Below, one piece after another: positions 49,905 to 62,147 of a DNA stretch of 64,000 bases; the first letter of the stretch is position 1; the number at the start of each line of letters is the position of its first letter. The DNA lies in NCBI RefSeq assembly GCF_023055435.1, contig NW_025963902.1, positions 1,798,001-1,862,000 of the forward strand, read 5' to 3'. The notes below the pieces were generated by a model, which saw only the letters and a list, made by a program, of their open reading frames with translations, did not search any database and was not told the DNA's origin. A program made the position numbers and the translations under genes. The DNA comes from Haliotis rufescens. Taxonomy: Eukaryota.

Positions 49905-50916
49905 ACGCCACACCTATTATATACACCCCTTTACTGTCGTGCTAGCAACATTCGCATGGTGTATGAAAATAAATTATAAGAAAGTGTTTATGAATAATAC
50001 ATATTTAAACCACGTGTTATATGTGACCACAATCGATCTGTTAGACCATGGCAATATGCCAGGTCAGGCATGTCGCTAAGACCAGCACTCGGAGCACATT
50101 CGTATCACACCAGGTAACCATGTAAACACAATCATAGCGTCCATAGCAACCAGGTGTAATGGATGTCGACCGATATCATATCAAGAAATTCAGATACTCG
50201 CAACACAACATGCAAAAAAACACTATTCCCTTTACCACGGTATGATGAGGTTATATATTGAGCTGCGTTTATGACCCCTTCGTTATACAACATGTGGTTG
50301 TTATCGCAATAACATACCTTGTCTCTCAGATCTGTGACTTGCATAAACTGTCCAGCCTTGGTGTGAGCGTGTCGGGCTGACAGAAATAGCTGTAAGATAT
50401 CCTCCCGTGCATCTGGGTTAAACTCCCTCGCGCAATGTTGTCCTAGCCATTCTACCCCGTGTACACTGAGAGTGTGCGACACCAAGGCTTAACCAGTCTA
50501 CGTCGGCAGTGCTCGAAACAAACAGGGCTGGGGCTAAATACAGCATTAGGACGCTTCTTTGCTTGTTGTGTAGAGCCGCTAGGGTTTATGTTATACATTT
50601 GCTAGTAAACGCATAATTCACACTGTGAGAATCTAAGGGTTAACAGGACAGGAAATTAAGTTGATCGGATTGACAAGCAGCGGGTATTGATTTCCTTCAT
50701 TGTTATGCAGAGTCGCTTGTGTTTGTCTTACATGTGTCAATAAACTATAATTAACACTACAGTATTTTAAGGGTTAACTGGACACGGAAGTCAAGGACGA
50801 AAAGGTTGACGAGTAGCGGATATTGACTTCCTAACAGACGTGCAGTGAATACCGTAAGTCTTGAAATTAATGCGACGCTTCCTTTAGTGTTGGTAGACAC
50901 CAGGGTTTGTGATAAT

Positions 50917-50919
50917 TAA

Positions 50920-50978
<59 letters not shown>

Positions 50979-50980
50979 AT
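50917..50980. repeat. (AAAT)n microsatellite
   Basis: About 16 perfect units. Confidence 0.95.
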
Positions 50981-52098
50981 ATCTTATTAAAGCTTTATTC
51001 ATTGTGTGAGAGGGTGGGTTTGACGCAGCTTTGAATGATATTTCAGTTAGATCACAGTATCCGAATCAGTTTATTTAGGTAGGACAACTCAGTAACCCAG
51101 GTCGTAGACGTTTAATTGCTACCAGTGCAGCCTTGTGTACACATATCATGGTTCATTATCGGCCGACTCTGGGATTCGAACTCTTTAACTTTCCCGTCGC
51201 CGTTTAGTATGCATAGACTCACAACGCCTGCGCAGTAAACTAGATGACAGGTGACTGTCTTAACGCAACAGTCAACGAGTAACAGTTTACCCGACAATCG
51301 TACACGGACAGAGAACAGTGTCCTATATTTGCATATTGAGGTAATTATCAGTCAGTTGGGCTGTCTCCCATAACAAATTCATGTCATGACCACTACACTA
51401 AATTAAAACCACAAGGGCATATTACCCACTGAGGAGTAGGGATTGGATGGAGAGGAGCAAGCTGTGAGAGATTTAGCTTAGAAGGATGTTAACCTTGTGT
51501 TCATTGACATTCCTGCATTCTGATTAGCTGAATTTGTCACGTGTTATTGCATTCATCTCCCCACGCCAACCGAAGCGGACTACTTTTAATACTACGGAAT
51601 GTTGGGGAATCCAAATATTACAGTCGAGGGAATTCCCTTTCTCCTCACGAGTATCGGCATGCACGGGGCATTTAGCGAATTCATACGATTTGCACATCGG
51701 TTTTTCGATTCATACCTCAATGAACCGAACAAATACACAGTCATTCCTTAATTGTTATGTTTTAACAAGTATATTCATGTCTTTGAACGGCATTTAGAAG
51801 TGATACAAATAAAGGAATAGAATTTATGAATGTCAACTGCTTTATTATGAGGAACACAACGTGTCGGAGTACATGCTCACTCCTTCAACTGATACTCCGA
51901 AGCGTTGTGTTCCTCATAATAAAGGAGTTGACATCCATAAATATACACCTCAATATGATATCGGATAGAATATCCTTGAAACAGAATGCAAACATACATT
52001 ACCATGTATTTCATATCAGAGGTCAAATAAGGTGAGTTAACCAATCAGAAGTAAGTAAAACAAATCTTTTAAAAATTAAACTAGACATGGTACAAATA

Positions 52099-52273
52099 CA
52101 GTAAACTACGGTTATAACGAACTCAAAGGGACTACTAATTTTAGTTCGTTATAACCGTAATTCGTTATAAGCACATATACAGCATAACTACAGCATATAG
52201 TCGGGACTAAAAAGTTAGTTCGTTATATCCGTTAGTTCGTTATAAGCGTGTTCGTTATAACCGTAGTTTACTG
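52099..52273. mobile_element. Tc1/pogo-type MITE
   Basis: Perfect TIR cagtaaactacggttataacgaac with TA on both sides; a related half copy lies at ~61177-61300. Confidence 0.9.
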
Positions 52274-54459
52274 TATGCAAGATTCCCCTTGCCACTCTGA
52301 AAACAGGAACTGTAGTTAAATTCGCTATAGTTTATCTCTTAACGCCAAGATATGAAATAGCAACGGCCAAATGTATCTGAACAGAGCAGGCAAAACAATT
52401 CTATCCATTTCTAAAAGGATAACCACTTCGTATCACTACTAAAAATACAAAATTATTAATGCAAAAAACCTCCAGAAATCTTAAGGATACTAAAAGTCCG
52501 ACTAGATATGTGTATCCTACTCACACACGTGAGTCCCAAAGAGGGGCAGTTCAGCAGAAATTGCTAAGTCAGAACGCGATCTCTTAAAGCACTCAATGCT
52601 ACTGTCGAACCCATTCGACAGTGTGTCGCTAGCCGCGCAGCTACAGGCGAATAGCATAAAGACACCCAAATAGCATTCAGAATAACTGTTTAGCAAGTAC
52701 ACTTTACATATCATTTAAATCATCTATGGTATGCATAAATACTCAGCTCTCTAACTGTTAAAATTTTAAGTACTTCCCGCAAGTTGAAAAGGTATCGATC
52801 GGTCAAATATCTAGGCACACAACCACCGCAGCGTCTAGTGTTGACTTGAGGTATGCAGACCATTACTTTCTCTTTACAGTTCTCATTTTTTTCATTTGAT
52901 CACAATTTTTTGTTCGTTGATGAAAAGATGTTTATGTTCGTAATTTCTGAAAATAAGCAAATTTTGGTTGAATTAATTATAAACAAAAACAACCTGGATC
53001 GTTACATTATCGATTGGATGAAACGGACAGAACCATGGCAACGGCGGATCCCGTTATACTATTACAATCCTTTTCTTACATCTAACTAATTGTTCTAGAA
53101 TTTTTACTTAGATAATTATTTTGGTAAAATTAATCTCATATTTAACGAGTTTGCAAATGATTTTAAATTTCAGAATTACCATTGCGTTGTATGCCAACAA
53201 AAAGATGAATTTAAACTGAATTAAATTTAACGTTAATATAAAAATCTTATATCTTACTCTTTAAAAAAAAGAATTCAATTGTAATCATTCAGTGTTTTTT
53301 TGTGTTTGTTTGTTGCAGGACTAGCCCACTTCATGATAAAGGGGACAGGCAGTGGATTAGCTGCCCGCTGAACCATATCTTTGTAGTGATTTTGGCATGT
53401 AGTTTTTTTTTTGAGGATACCGTTATCTGCCTTGACTAATCTAAGCTTGCTACTGGCAGAAGATCAGTGATCCAGTTTCTGGATACAGTTGGACATTTCA
53501 TCAAATTACAGTAATGTTGCTAGTAATGATGTAGTGCTAATGTTATAAAACATGAAGATGATGGATATAAATGTACAGTTCTATGATAATACATGTGTAT
53601 TTATGATATTTGATGTTGTGAAAACATTTGAGTTGTGAAGATCTCATATACAAAAAGAAATGACAGTATCAAAAGTCAAATCATTCTTTGTTATCTTGTT
53701 GGAAGAGTTCATTTTACTTTAGGGATAAGGGTACAAGTGTGATATGCACTCATCCATAAATTTGTTTTGATAGTAGTGTAGGCGATATGAGTTGTAGGCC
53801 AGATGAGGACAGGCCGTCTAATCACGTGACTGAGGTAATAGCGAAGTTACGCAAGGAGTAAGAAGTTGTCCAAACGAGGTAGCCAGTTTCAAGCGTCCAT
53901 CATAACAAGTACAGATTAACATGGAAAGTCTGCAGTAAGATAATATTCTCCTCAAATTAGCTTCATCCATCATCGCTATTGCAGTGTTTTTTAATTAGTT
54001 GACACCATACGCGACGATAAACGAGTTGGGCAGATGTTCTGTTGACGACGCCCCCATATCCCGATGACAAACATTCGGCTCCTCTCGGCCCTATCAGTCC
54101 GATACACGGTACGTTCGGGTGTGAAGTCCTGGGAAATGTCACAATGTAGAATGTTCACAATACCCTTTGGTCTGTGGACAAACGAATTGTTGAATTCGCC
54201 ATACTTCTAACCCTTGTTTGATAGAGGCTTCAACTACTCTCGTTGGATAAACGATTTATTCACAGAGCCGTACACATGTCTGACATCGACGATGCATGAA
54301 TGTCAACAGACACATATATTCAAACATCAGGGGCAGTTAATTCTGATCATCATTGCCGGTTAACATACATGTATAAGATCAGGTAAAGCATATAATAGTG
54401 CAAATAAAACGTCCATAAAATATCAATACACAGTAACTTAAAATTCCATTCTAACAGGA

Positions 54460-54623
54460 GTGAGTGAGTGTTATGGTTTTACGCCGCTTTTAGCAATATT
54501 CCAGCAATATCACGGCGGGGGACACCAGAAATGGGCTTCACACATTGTACCCATGTCGGGAATCGAACCCGGGTCTTCGGCGTGACGAGCGAACGCTTTA
54601 ACCACTAGGCTACCCGACCGCCC
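54460..54623 (-). mobile_element. SINE family 1, full length
   Basis: Near-identical to the 2852 copy; 14-bp TSD ccattctaacagga at 54446-54459 and 54624-54637. Confidence 0.92.
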
Positions 54624-54862
54624 CCATTCTAACAGGAATGAATGAATGACTGCACACGTTCTCTGCAAAGCTGACCTATTCTTTACCCTGTTTAACCCTT
54701 AGACATTATCACAAAGTTGTTGAGGATATGTTTAATTTGATTTAAAAAAATTGAGAATTCTATAATAGTGAAATGCGACGTTATTTCATCAGTGTCATTG
54801 TTATCTGCACCAAGAAAGAATGCTAACATACCATGATCATCCATCTTCTCTATTTTAACATA

Positions 54863-56352
54863 TACTCAACAACAAAAGTTCCTATGACACCAATATTTTA
54901 GTGTATTTTTCAAACAAGTAAAGATTGGTTTTCAATATTGTAGTCGTGTATGAATCAAGAATGAAAAACGCAACTGCTCCAGAAAAGCATGCATTCCATG
55001 CAAAATGTGACTTTTATACAAGCCCAATGCATTTCACTACCAACAAATGGGCCAAAAATCATGTGCGTTAAAGGGATTCCATATTCATTGTTTAGCATCG
55101 TGCTGACAACCACTCAGGAAAACAACAAAATTACGCAGTTATTCAACATTACTAAAAGCCACGCCTGTCCGAAAATGAGCGTCTGCAAGCCATTGGTATG
55201 CTTGAAGCAGGATCGAGTCAACGTGATGTTGCAAGACAATTTAATGTCCACAGAAACACCGGTCTATTTGGTGCTTATGACAACGTTGGCAACAGACGAA
55301 TGCAGTCAGAGACCATCCTCGGAGTGGCAGGCCACGCGTAACCAATAATCGACAAGACAAATGGATTCGAACAACACACCTACGAAATCGATTCCAAAGA
55401 AGGATCCCTGGCCTTCGACGAATATCTTCACAAACCGTACGTCGTCGCCTCAGATGAGCAGGGCTTGTCGCCAGAAGACCCACCAGACGTCCCATTTTGA
55501 CAGGAAACCACCGTCAAGCAAGTCTACAGTGGTGCAGACAGCGTCTACGCTGGACGACCATGCAGTGGGGACAAGTTCTATTCACCGACGAGTCTCGTTT
55601 TCACCTCAGCCACAGCGATGGACGGATCCGAGTGTACCGACGTCGAGGTGAACGTTACGTCAATCATTGTGTCATGGAAGAAGAACGGTTCGGGGTCGGC
55701 AGCGTTATGGTATGGGGTGGGATTACAGCAAGACAGAAGACCCGTTTGATAGTTGTAGAGGGAAATCTCAATGGACAGCGCTACCGCGACGAAATCATCG
55801 TCCCCGTTGTTCTACCGTCTTTGCATCGTCATGGCCCAGGAATTACCTTTCAACATGACAACGCCCGGCCTCATATTGCTCGACTTGTTCAGGACAACAA
55901 AACAACGTGAATGTCATCCTCTGGCCGGCTCGCTCCCCTGATCTCTCACCAATCGAGTACATGTGGAATGAGATGAATCGGCGCCTTCGACATCGACCAC
56001 GTGTTCCACAAACACTCCAGGAACTTCGAAACATGCTCCAGCAGATGTGGACAGATATCCCACAGGACTTTGTGCGACGCCTGGTTCATTCCATCAGACG
56101 GAGATGTGTTGCTTGCATCGCAACCAGAGGTGGACACACACGCTATTGATTTGTAAATTGACATTTTGGCATGTTCATGTTTTTTTTTTATGAAATCACG
56201 CATTTTCTGAAGTCAGTATGGCAAATTAAACCATTTGAACACTTATAGGAGTCTTTTATCTGTTGCAAACCGAAATTGTTTCAGATTTGGTAAAAAAACA
56301 TAACTTTGCATTAATTCTTATTAAATTTCACGGAAACGTTTGTTGTTCAGTA
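54863..56352 (+). mobile_element. Decayed Tc1-family DNA transposon (frameshifted transposase ~55158-56149)
   Basis: TA-flanked TIRs tact(c/g)aacaacaaa; PRLSENERLQAIGML; VLFTDESRF; SVMVWGGI; FQHDNARPH; WPARSPDLSPIEYMW; GGHTRY. Confidence 0.92.
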
Positions 56353-57071
56353 TACATTTTGAACATCAAGATAATCAGTGACATCAAGTAGACATTCACA
56401 GTTAATTATGACATGGTGATAATAATCATTAGCATCGATGCTCATGTTGTCAATCACTGGATTGTCTGGTTCAGACTCGATTATATACAGACCGCCGTCA
56501 TACCGAAGGAATATTGCTGAGTGCGGCGTCAAACAACAAACCAAACAAAAACATCATCAGCAAAAGTAGTACATTTTGTACATTCCTTAGATATTTTGCT
56601 TCTGAATCCAATCAAGTCTGGACATAACATTACAATGCTGTATAACACATGAGGAGTAAGCGTTATGTGAATTTTAGAATATCGAAACAGCTCTACATGA
56701 TAATTTATATTTCCATACTTCTGCGTTGTGGGTAGTTATTTCATTTAACATAAACTTTCTCCACTTATTCTTTGCGGGATTTCCCCTGTGAAATACAAGT
56801 ACATGATGAAATAGGTTATATTATCTTAGCTGTTGAAAGCAACACTCCACATTTTCTGTGTAAATTATTGTTATGAAAATATTTGTGAATGTACTCAACA
56901 TGTACTTGCAGGTAGGAAAAGGGAGGTAATCGTTACACTTACACTAGCTCAATTTGGGCGCAGAAAGATATCTTTATGGCCAAGTGACGCCCTTAATCAC
57001 AGTATGACTACAACTATTATTGTAAGACGCTTGGGAAACGGAGCTGATCATTTGTCAGAGTGATCGGTATA

Positions 57072-60000
57072 ATGTTTCATGACCACCTCCCCCATGTTCA
57101 TGAGGACATTGGCAGTAAATGCTCGAAATGTGTTGAAATAAGGGACTGGTCATCTATTATAGAAAGGTGAGTGTGAGTGGTGAGGACTGAATATTGTTTG
57201 CCGACTCTCCCCATTTTATGTAACAGTATTTCATACTCACTAACTCACACATTAAACCATTATATAGTGACGTTAACCCGAACCCCACTAATTCTTCCTA
57301 GAACTCCCGAGATTCTGGACTACCGGAATGAAAATGGTCAAGGGTGGTCCTTCTACAAACATGACGGCGTCCTCCGGGCATTTCACACCACCCCTGAGGC
57401 TGATATGGAAATGATCCGAAATGTTCAGAAGATCGAACTTAGAGACGATGACGTATTCATAGCGGCATATCCCAAATGTGGTAAGAACCCGAGATAGACG
57501 ATTTTCTCAATAAATGATTTTAAAAAGAATAATTTGACATCTAGTGTGAGTCAATGCTGTCCAACGCCGCAGTGAAGCGGCGTTAAACCCAACTGACACA
57601 ATTCTGTCTATTCTGATCCTTCCAGGTACCCACTGGTTGTGGGAAATCGTCACCATGCTCAGGGCAGGTAACTCCGAGTACAATAAGAAGTCAAAAGACA
57701 TCGCCATGTTGGGGAAGCCGAAGTTTCAGCGGGCTGATGAACTTCCCTCCCCTCGAGTTCTGAACTCGCATCTTTACTTCCGCCAGCTGCCGGAGAAACT
57801 GGTGGAGAAGCGAATTAAAACCATCTTCATCATGCGAAATCCCAAAGATGTCAGCGTATCATATTTCAACCACGCCAAAGGATTAAAAGGGATTTATAAT
57901 TTTGACGGGACATATTCAGAATATCTGGATCTGTTTCTGGAAGGAAAAGGTGAGTAAAATGTAGATGCTATTAAGTCATATCAAGCCTCATGATATTAAC
58001 AAAGCCTGATGGTTTAATAAGGTTATTACAATACATCTGTATGCCTGAAAGTGGGTTTAAACGCTCTGATATGCTGTGCCGCCCGAAAGTGGGTTGAAAC
58101 GCTTTGACGTGCAATGTTGTCTGAATGTGGGTTTAACTTCTCTGACGTGCTCTGCTGTCTGAATGTGAGTTGAAACTCTCTGACGTCCTCTGCTGTCTGA
58201 ATGTGGGTGTAAACTCTCTGACGTGCTCTGCTGTCTGAATATGGGTGTAAACTCACTGACATGCCATTCCCTGAATGGGTGTTAAAATTTTAAAGGTGCT
58301 GTGCTAATATGGGGTTGAGCTCTCTGAATGTTGGTCTTAACACCCTATCGTGCTGTTCCGAAACAGTGGTTAAGATATCTGACATTCTGCTTCCGTAACT
58401 GCTCTGACGTGATGAACACACATAGATTATGAGTTTGGAGTTAAATGCTCCGAAGTGTTGCTGTCTGAAGTTCGGTTTAAATTCTCTGACTTGCTGTTCG
58501 CTGAATATAGGTTTAAATGCTCTGACGTTCTGCGCTGTCTGAATATGGGTTTAAACTGTCTAACGTCTGGTGTCTGAACGTGGGTTTATATGCTCTGACA
58601 TGCTGCACTCACTGAATGTGAGTTTAAACGCTTTAATATGGCGCCGCTTGAATGTGGTTTTTAAACACTCTGAATATGGGTTTAAATGCTCTGACGCCTG
58701 GCACTGTCTGAAATTGAGTTTATACTGTTCGGCGTTCTGATTGGGTTTAAAGCCTTTGACGTGCTGCTGTCATAATGTGGGTTTTAATGCTCTGACGTGG
58801 TGCTGCGTCAATATGGGTTTAAATGCATTGGGGTACTGCTCTGTGAATATGGGCTTGAGTGCTCTGACGTGCTGCTCTGTGAATGTGTGCTTAAACGATC
58901 TGACGTGCTGGGCTTGAATATGGGTTTAACACTCTGATGTGCTGCTGCCTGAACGTTGGTTTTTACTCTATGATGCGCTGCTCCCTGAATGTTAGCTTAA
59001 ACGCTCTGGTGCGCTGCTGCCTGATCATAGGTTTAAAGTGCTTCACTGTATGTTTGTGGGTTTAAACGCTCTGACGTGCTGCGCTAGATGAATGTGGGTT
59101 TATACTTGCTGAGTTGTCACTCCCTGAATGGGTTTAAACACTGTGACGTGCTGCTCCCTGAATGTGGTTTAGATGCTGTGCTTTGAAGTGCTGCTCTGCT
59201 GCATCTCTGCTTCAATGAGTGTCGGACTTCTTGTTGACATTATAAATTACCAGTATCAGGAGGGGTACATGGGGCTTTATGCGTCCCGCGTCAGGTTTTT
59301 ATACCACGAGCCGGAGGTATTAAAGGGGCATAAAACCCCATGTTCCCCGAGTGATCCTGCTACAACGAATTTATTTTACCGACTTGTTTTAATGTGACAT
59401 TGTAAAAGAAGTAACACAAATTAAAAATTGAGAGGAAGTTGAAGTTCGATTTAGCTGAGGTTTGACTTGTGCCATGTCACGTGACTTCCATTCATTCGTG
59501 AAATGCGTGCTTTTTTTTGCTTTGAGGCGGGGTATAAGTGATTTATTCCTCCGCTGAGAAATTTATTACCCTCCAAGACGGTCTACACAGTATTTTATCC
59601 AGATCACGTGAACCAATCAGATCTCATCATTCTGGCAACGAGGTATGATAAAGGCTTATATATACATACAAGTTGATAATTGCTTCCAATGTTTCAGTTC
59701 CCGGTGGTGGTTATGCCGACTACGTGAAGGATTGGCAGAAAGTGAAACAGGACAACCCGGACCTGCCTATTCTAACATTGTTTTATGAAAACTTGAAAAA
59801 GGTATCATGTCATTTTTTGTAGTTTAAGGCTTAGATGACCTGTGTCAACAAGACCTCAAGGTCTGCTAGTTACAGGGTGAGAAAATGTTTCCATAAACAC
59901 ATGTAGTCCATCATTATTTATTCCCCCTTGCTAGTTACAGGGTTAGATGATGTTTCTACACACACATGTAGTCCATCATAATTATTAAAAATGTTGAGGT

Positions 60001-61299
60001 GAGGTGAGGTGAAATTGGGTTTAACGTCGCGTCCAAGATTATTGCACTTATATAGCGACGTGCATGTACGTGTGTGTGTTTGTGTGGCTGCTTGTACTAG
60101 TCCGGACTGATGCCGATTTATAGTGCTAGCTCACTGAGATACCATGCCGCAGTTTAACATGAATACCCCACTCAGACACAGTATACTGACTCCGAGCCGA
60201 CCAGTCCTTGTTTTAGCCCCTTAATGCCGAGCGCCAGACAGGGTAACAACAAGTACCATCTTTTAACGTCTTTTGGTATGACGCGGCCGGGGATCGAACC
60301 CCGGACCTTCCGCTCTCCGGGCGGACGCTCTACCACAAGACCACGGAGGCGGTCTAAAAATGTTGAGCTGGGTACGTATATATATATACCTAGTTAATAA
60401 TTATGATGTACTAAATGTGTTTATAGAAACATCTTCTAACCCTGTAACTAGCACACCATTAGGTCTTGTTGACACAGGTCATATAAGCCTTAAACTATAT
60501 ATATATAAACAAGTGATTTCAACAGGTGTATAAGTATTAAATATAGAAAAAAATAGATATTTGGCTAGGACTACAATGTAAGTTAAAGTTTTCATTACAC
60601 CTGAAGAACCGTTGAAAGGGGAAAGATCTTGTGCTACCCCTGTCTGGAACCCTGTTTTGAACAAGACGGGAATTACAGATTCTATACTGAAATTTGGTGC
60701 TGTGGGCGATTTCACCGAAAATGGTAGCGCCTAGTTTAACGGAAGGTGCCGGCCGCGACAATTGATGTCGGTAATAACCCTAATGATTTCCATTTTAGGA
60801 TCCTGTTAAAAACATCAAAACGGTTGCCGAGTTCATCGGAGAGTCAGTCACTGATGAACTCTGTGAGCAAATAGCGGATGCGTGCAGCTTTAAGAAGCTG
60901 AAGGTTGCAGACGCAGAGGTGAAGGAGGATTTGGTACATCCCACCGACATGATTTATAGAAAAGGTGAAACTATTGTGAGCTTTATCATTATCTTCTGTA
61001 TTTGTAAATCATATGAAAATCAGGGTTGAAGTTGGTCCCAAGTACTATACTGAATGCTGTGGGGACACGCACGGGTTAGAGGAGGGAAGTTATGATCGAT
61101 GAACAATGAATGCAACTGAAGGAATAACCTGTTTCATACATCGGCTTCACACGGGATAGTGAACTCAATATGTGATATACTGTGAACTACGGATATAACG
61201 AACTCAAAGGGACCACTTATCTTAATTCGTTTAAAACGTAGTTTGTTACAAGCATATATGCAGCAAATGAACGTGACCCCAAAACAGTTCGTCATATCC

Positions 61300-61371
<72 letters not shown>

Positions 61372-62147
61372 CAGGACAAAAGTGCAAATAAACCTTACCT
61401 ACACGCAACTTCGATATTTTGAAGACGATATTTGCATTAACGATGTAACGATCTATCTAAATCTGCAAAAAAATGTCTATACCAATGAGACTTGCACTTA
61501 AAGGAATTACTCATGGATAATTTACTTGAGGACACAAGAATTTGTCTTTGAAGATCCGGGGTTGAATAGGTCTTCAGCAACAAAGGTTCGCATGAGAGGC
61601 GACAAACGAAATCGAGCTAGCTGACTTTATGCATGTCATCGTATCCAAATTGCGTGGATGGATGCTTATGATGTCAATCACTGGATTGTCTGGTCCAGAC
61701 TCGATTATTTACAGACCGCCGTCATATAGCTGGAATGTTGCTGAATGCTGCGTTAAACAACAAATACAATAAACAAAACTCATGTATGACTTACTTCATT
61801 ATTTACTCACGTATCACTTACTTACGGACTTATTCGTGTCGGGGGCGGTCAGGTAGTCTAGTGGTTAAAGCGTTCGCTCGTCACGACGAAGACCCGGGTT
61901 CGATTCCCGACAAGGGCAAAATGTGTGAGAGCCATTTCTGGTGTCCCCCGCCGTGATATTCCTGGAATATTGCTAAAAGCGGCGTAAAACCATACTCACC
62001 CACTCACTCACTTAGTCGTGTCCTTTTATTGTTTCAGGTGAAGTCGGGGATTGGAAGAACTGGATAACAGTTGCTCAAAACGAAAGATTTGATGACGTCA
62101 TAGACCGAAACCTTGAGGGAACAGGCATTGTATTCACGTATGAATAG
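57072..62147 (+). CDS. Cytosolic sulfotransferase (SULT1-like), ~325 aa
   Basis: Exons 57072-57166 (tentative), 57302-57480, 57626-57949, 59698-59801, 60799-60964, 62038-62147, all GT-AG. Motifs YPKCGTHW, PRVLNSH, RNPKDVSVSY, FYENLK, YRKGEVGDWKN. Confidence 0.9.
58040..59200. repeat. Degenerate ~36-38-bp minisatellite in a SULT intron
   Basis: Consensus tgtctgaatgtgggtttaaacgctctgacgtgct(ct)gc, roughly 30 eroded copies. Confidence 0.85.
59820..60497. mobile_element. Foldback MITE (~100-bp arms) interrupted by the family-2 SINE
   Basis: tagtttaaggcttagatgacctgtgtcaacaagacct versus aggtcttgttgacacaggtcatataagccttaaacta. Confidence 0.82.
59999..60354 (-). mobile_element. tRNA-derived SINE family 2 (~355 bp; central domain resembles the MetaSINE/RUDI core)
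   Basis: Head gaccgcctccgtggtcttgtggtagagcg...ggttcgatcccc; core gtcataccaaaagacgttaaaagatggtacttg...ggcgctcggcattaa; (cacct)n tail; 13-bp TSD taaaaatgttgag. Other copies at about 16918-17310(-), 23401-23647(+), 24184-24455(-), 41023-41300(-) and 42437-42790(+). Confidence 0.88.
61303..61370. repeat. (TG)n microsatellite
   Basis: About 34 units. A (TG)n(CG)n(TG)n tract also lies at 16986-17049 inside a SINE. Confidence 0.95.
61841..62011 (+). mobile_element. SINE family 1 in the last SULT intron
   Basis: A/B boxes and tail; TSD actta(t/g)tcgtgtc. Confidence 0.88.

Noticed and set aside
55158-56149. Active or domesticated Tc1 transposase
   Set aside because: Start codon apparently lost, several frameshifts and diverged TIRs.
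59232-59650. Possible non-autonomous DNA element with tatca...tgata ends
   Set aside because: The terminal match is too short and there is no second copy in the window.
61134-61501. HT-repeat and CV-repeat ORFs
   Set aside because: Translations of the (TG)n microsatellite.
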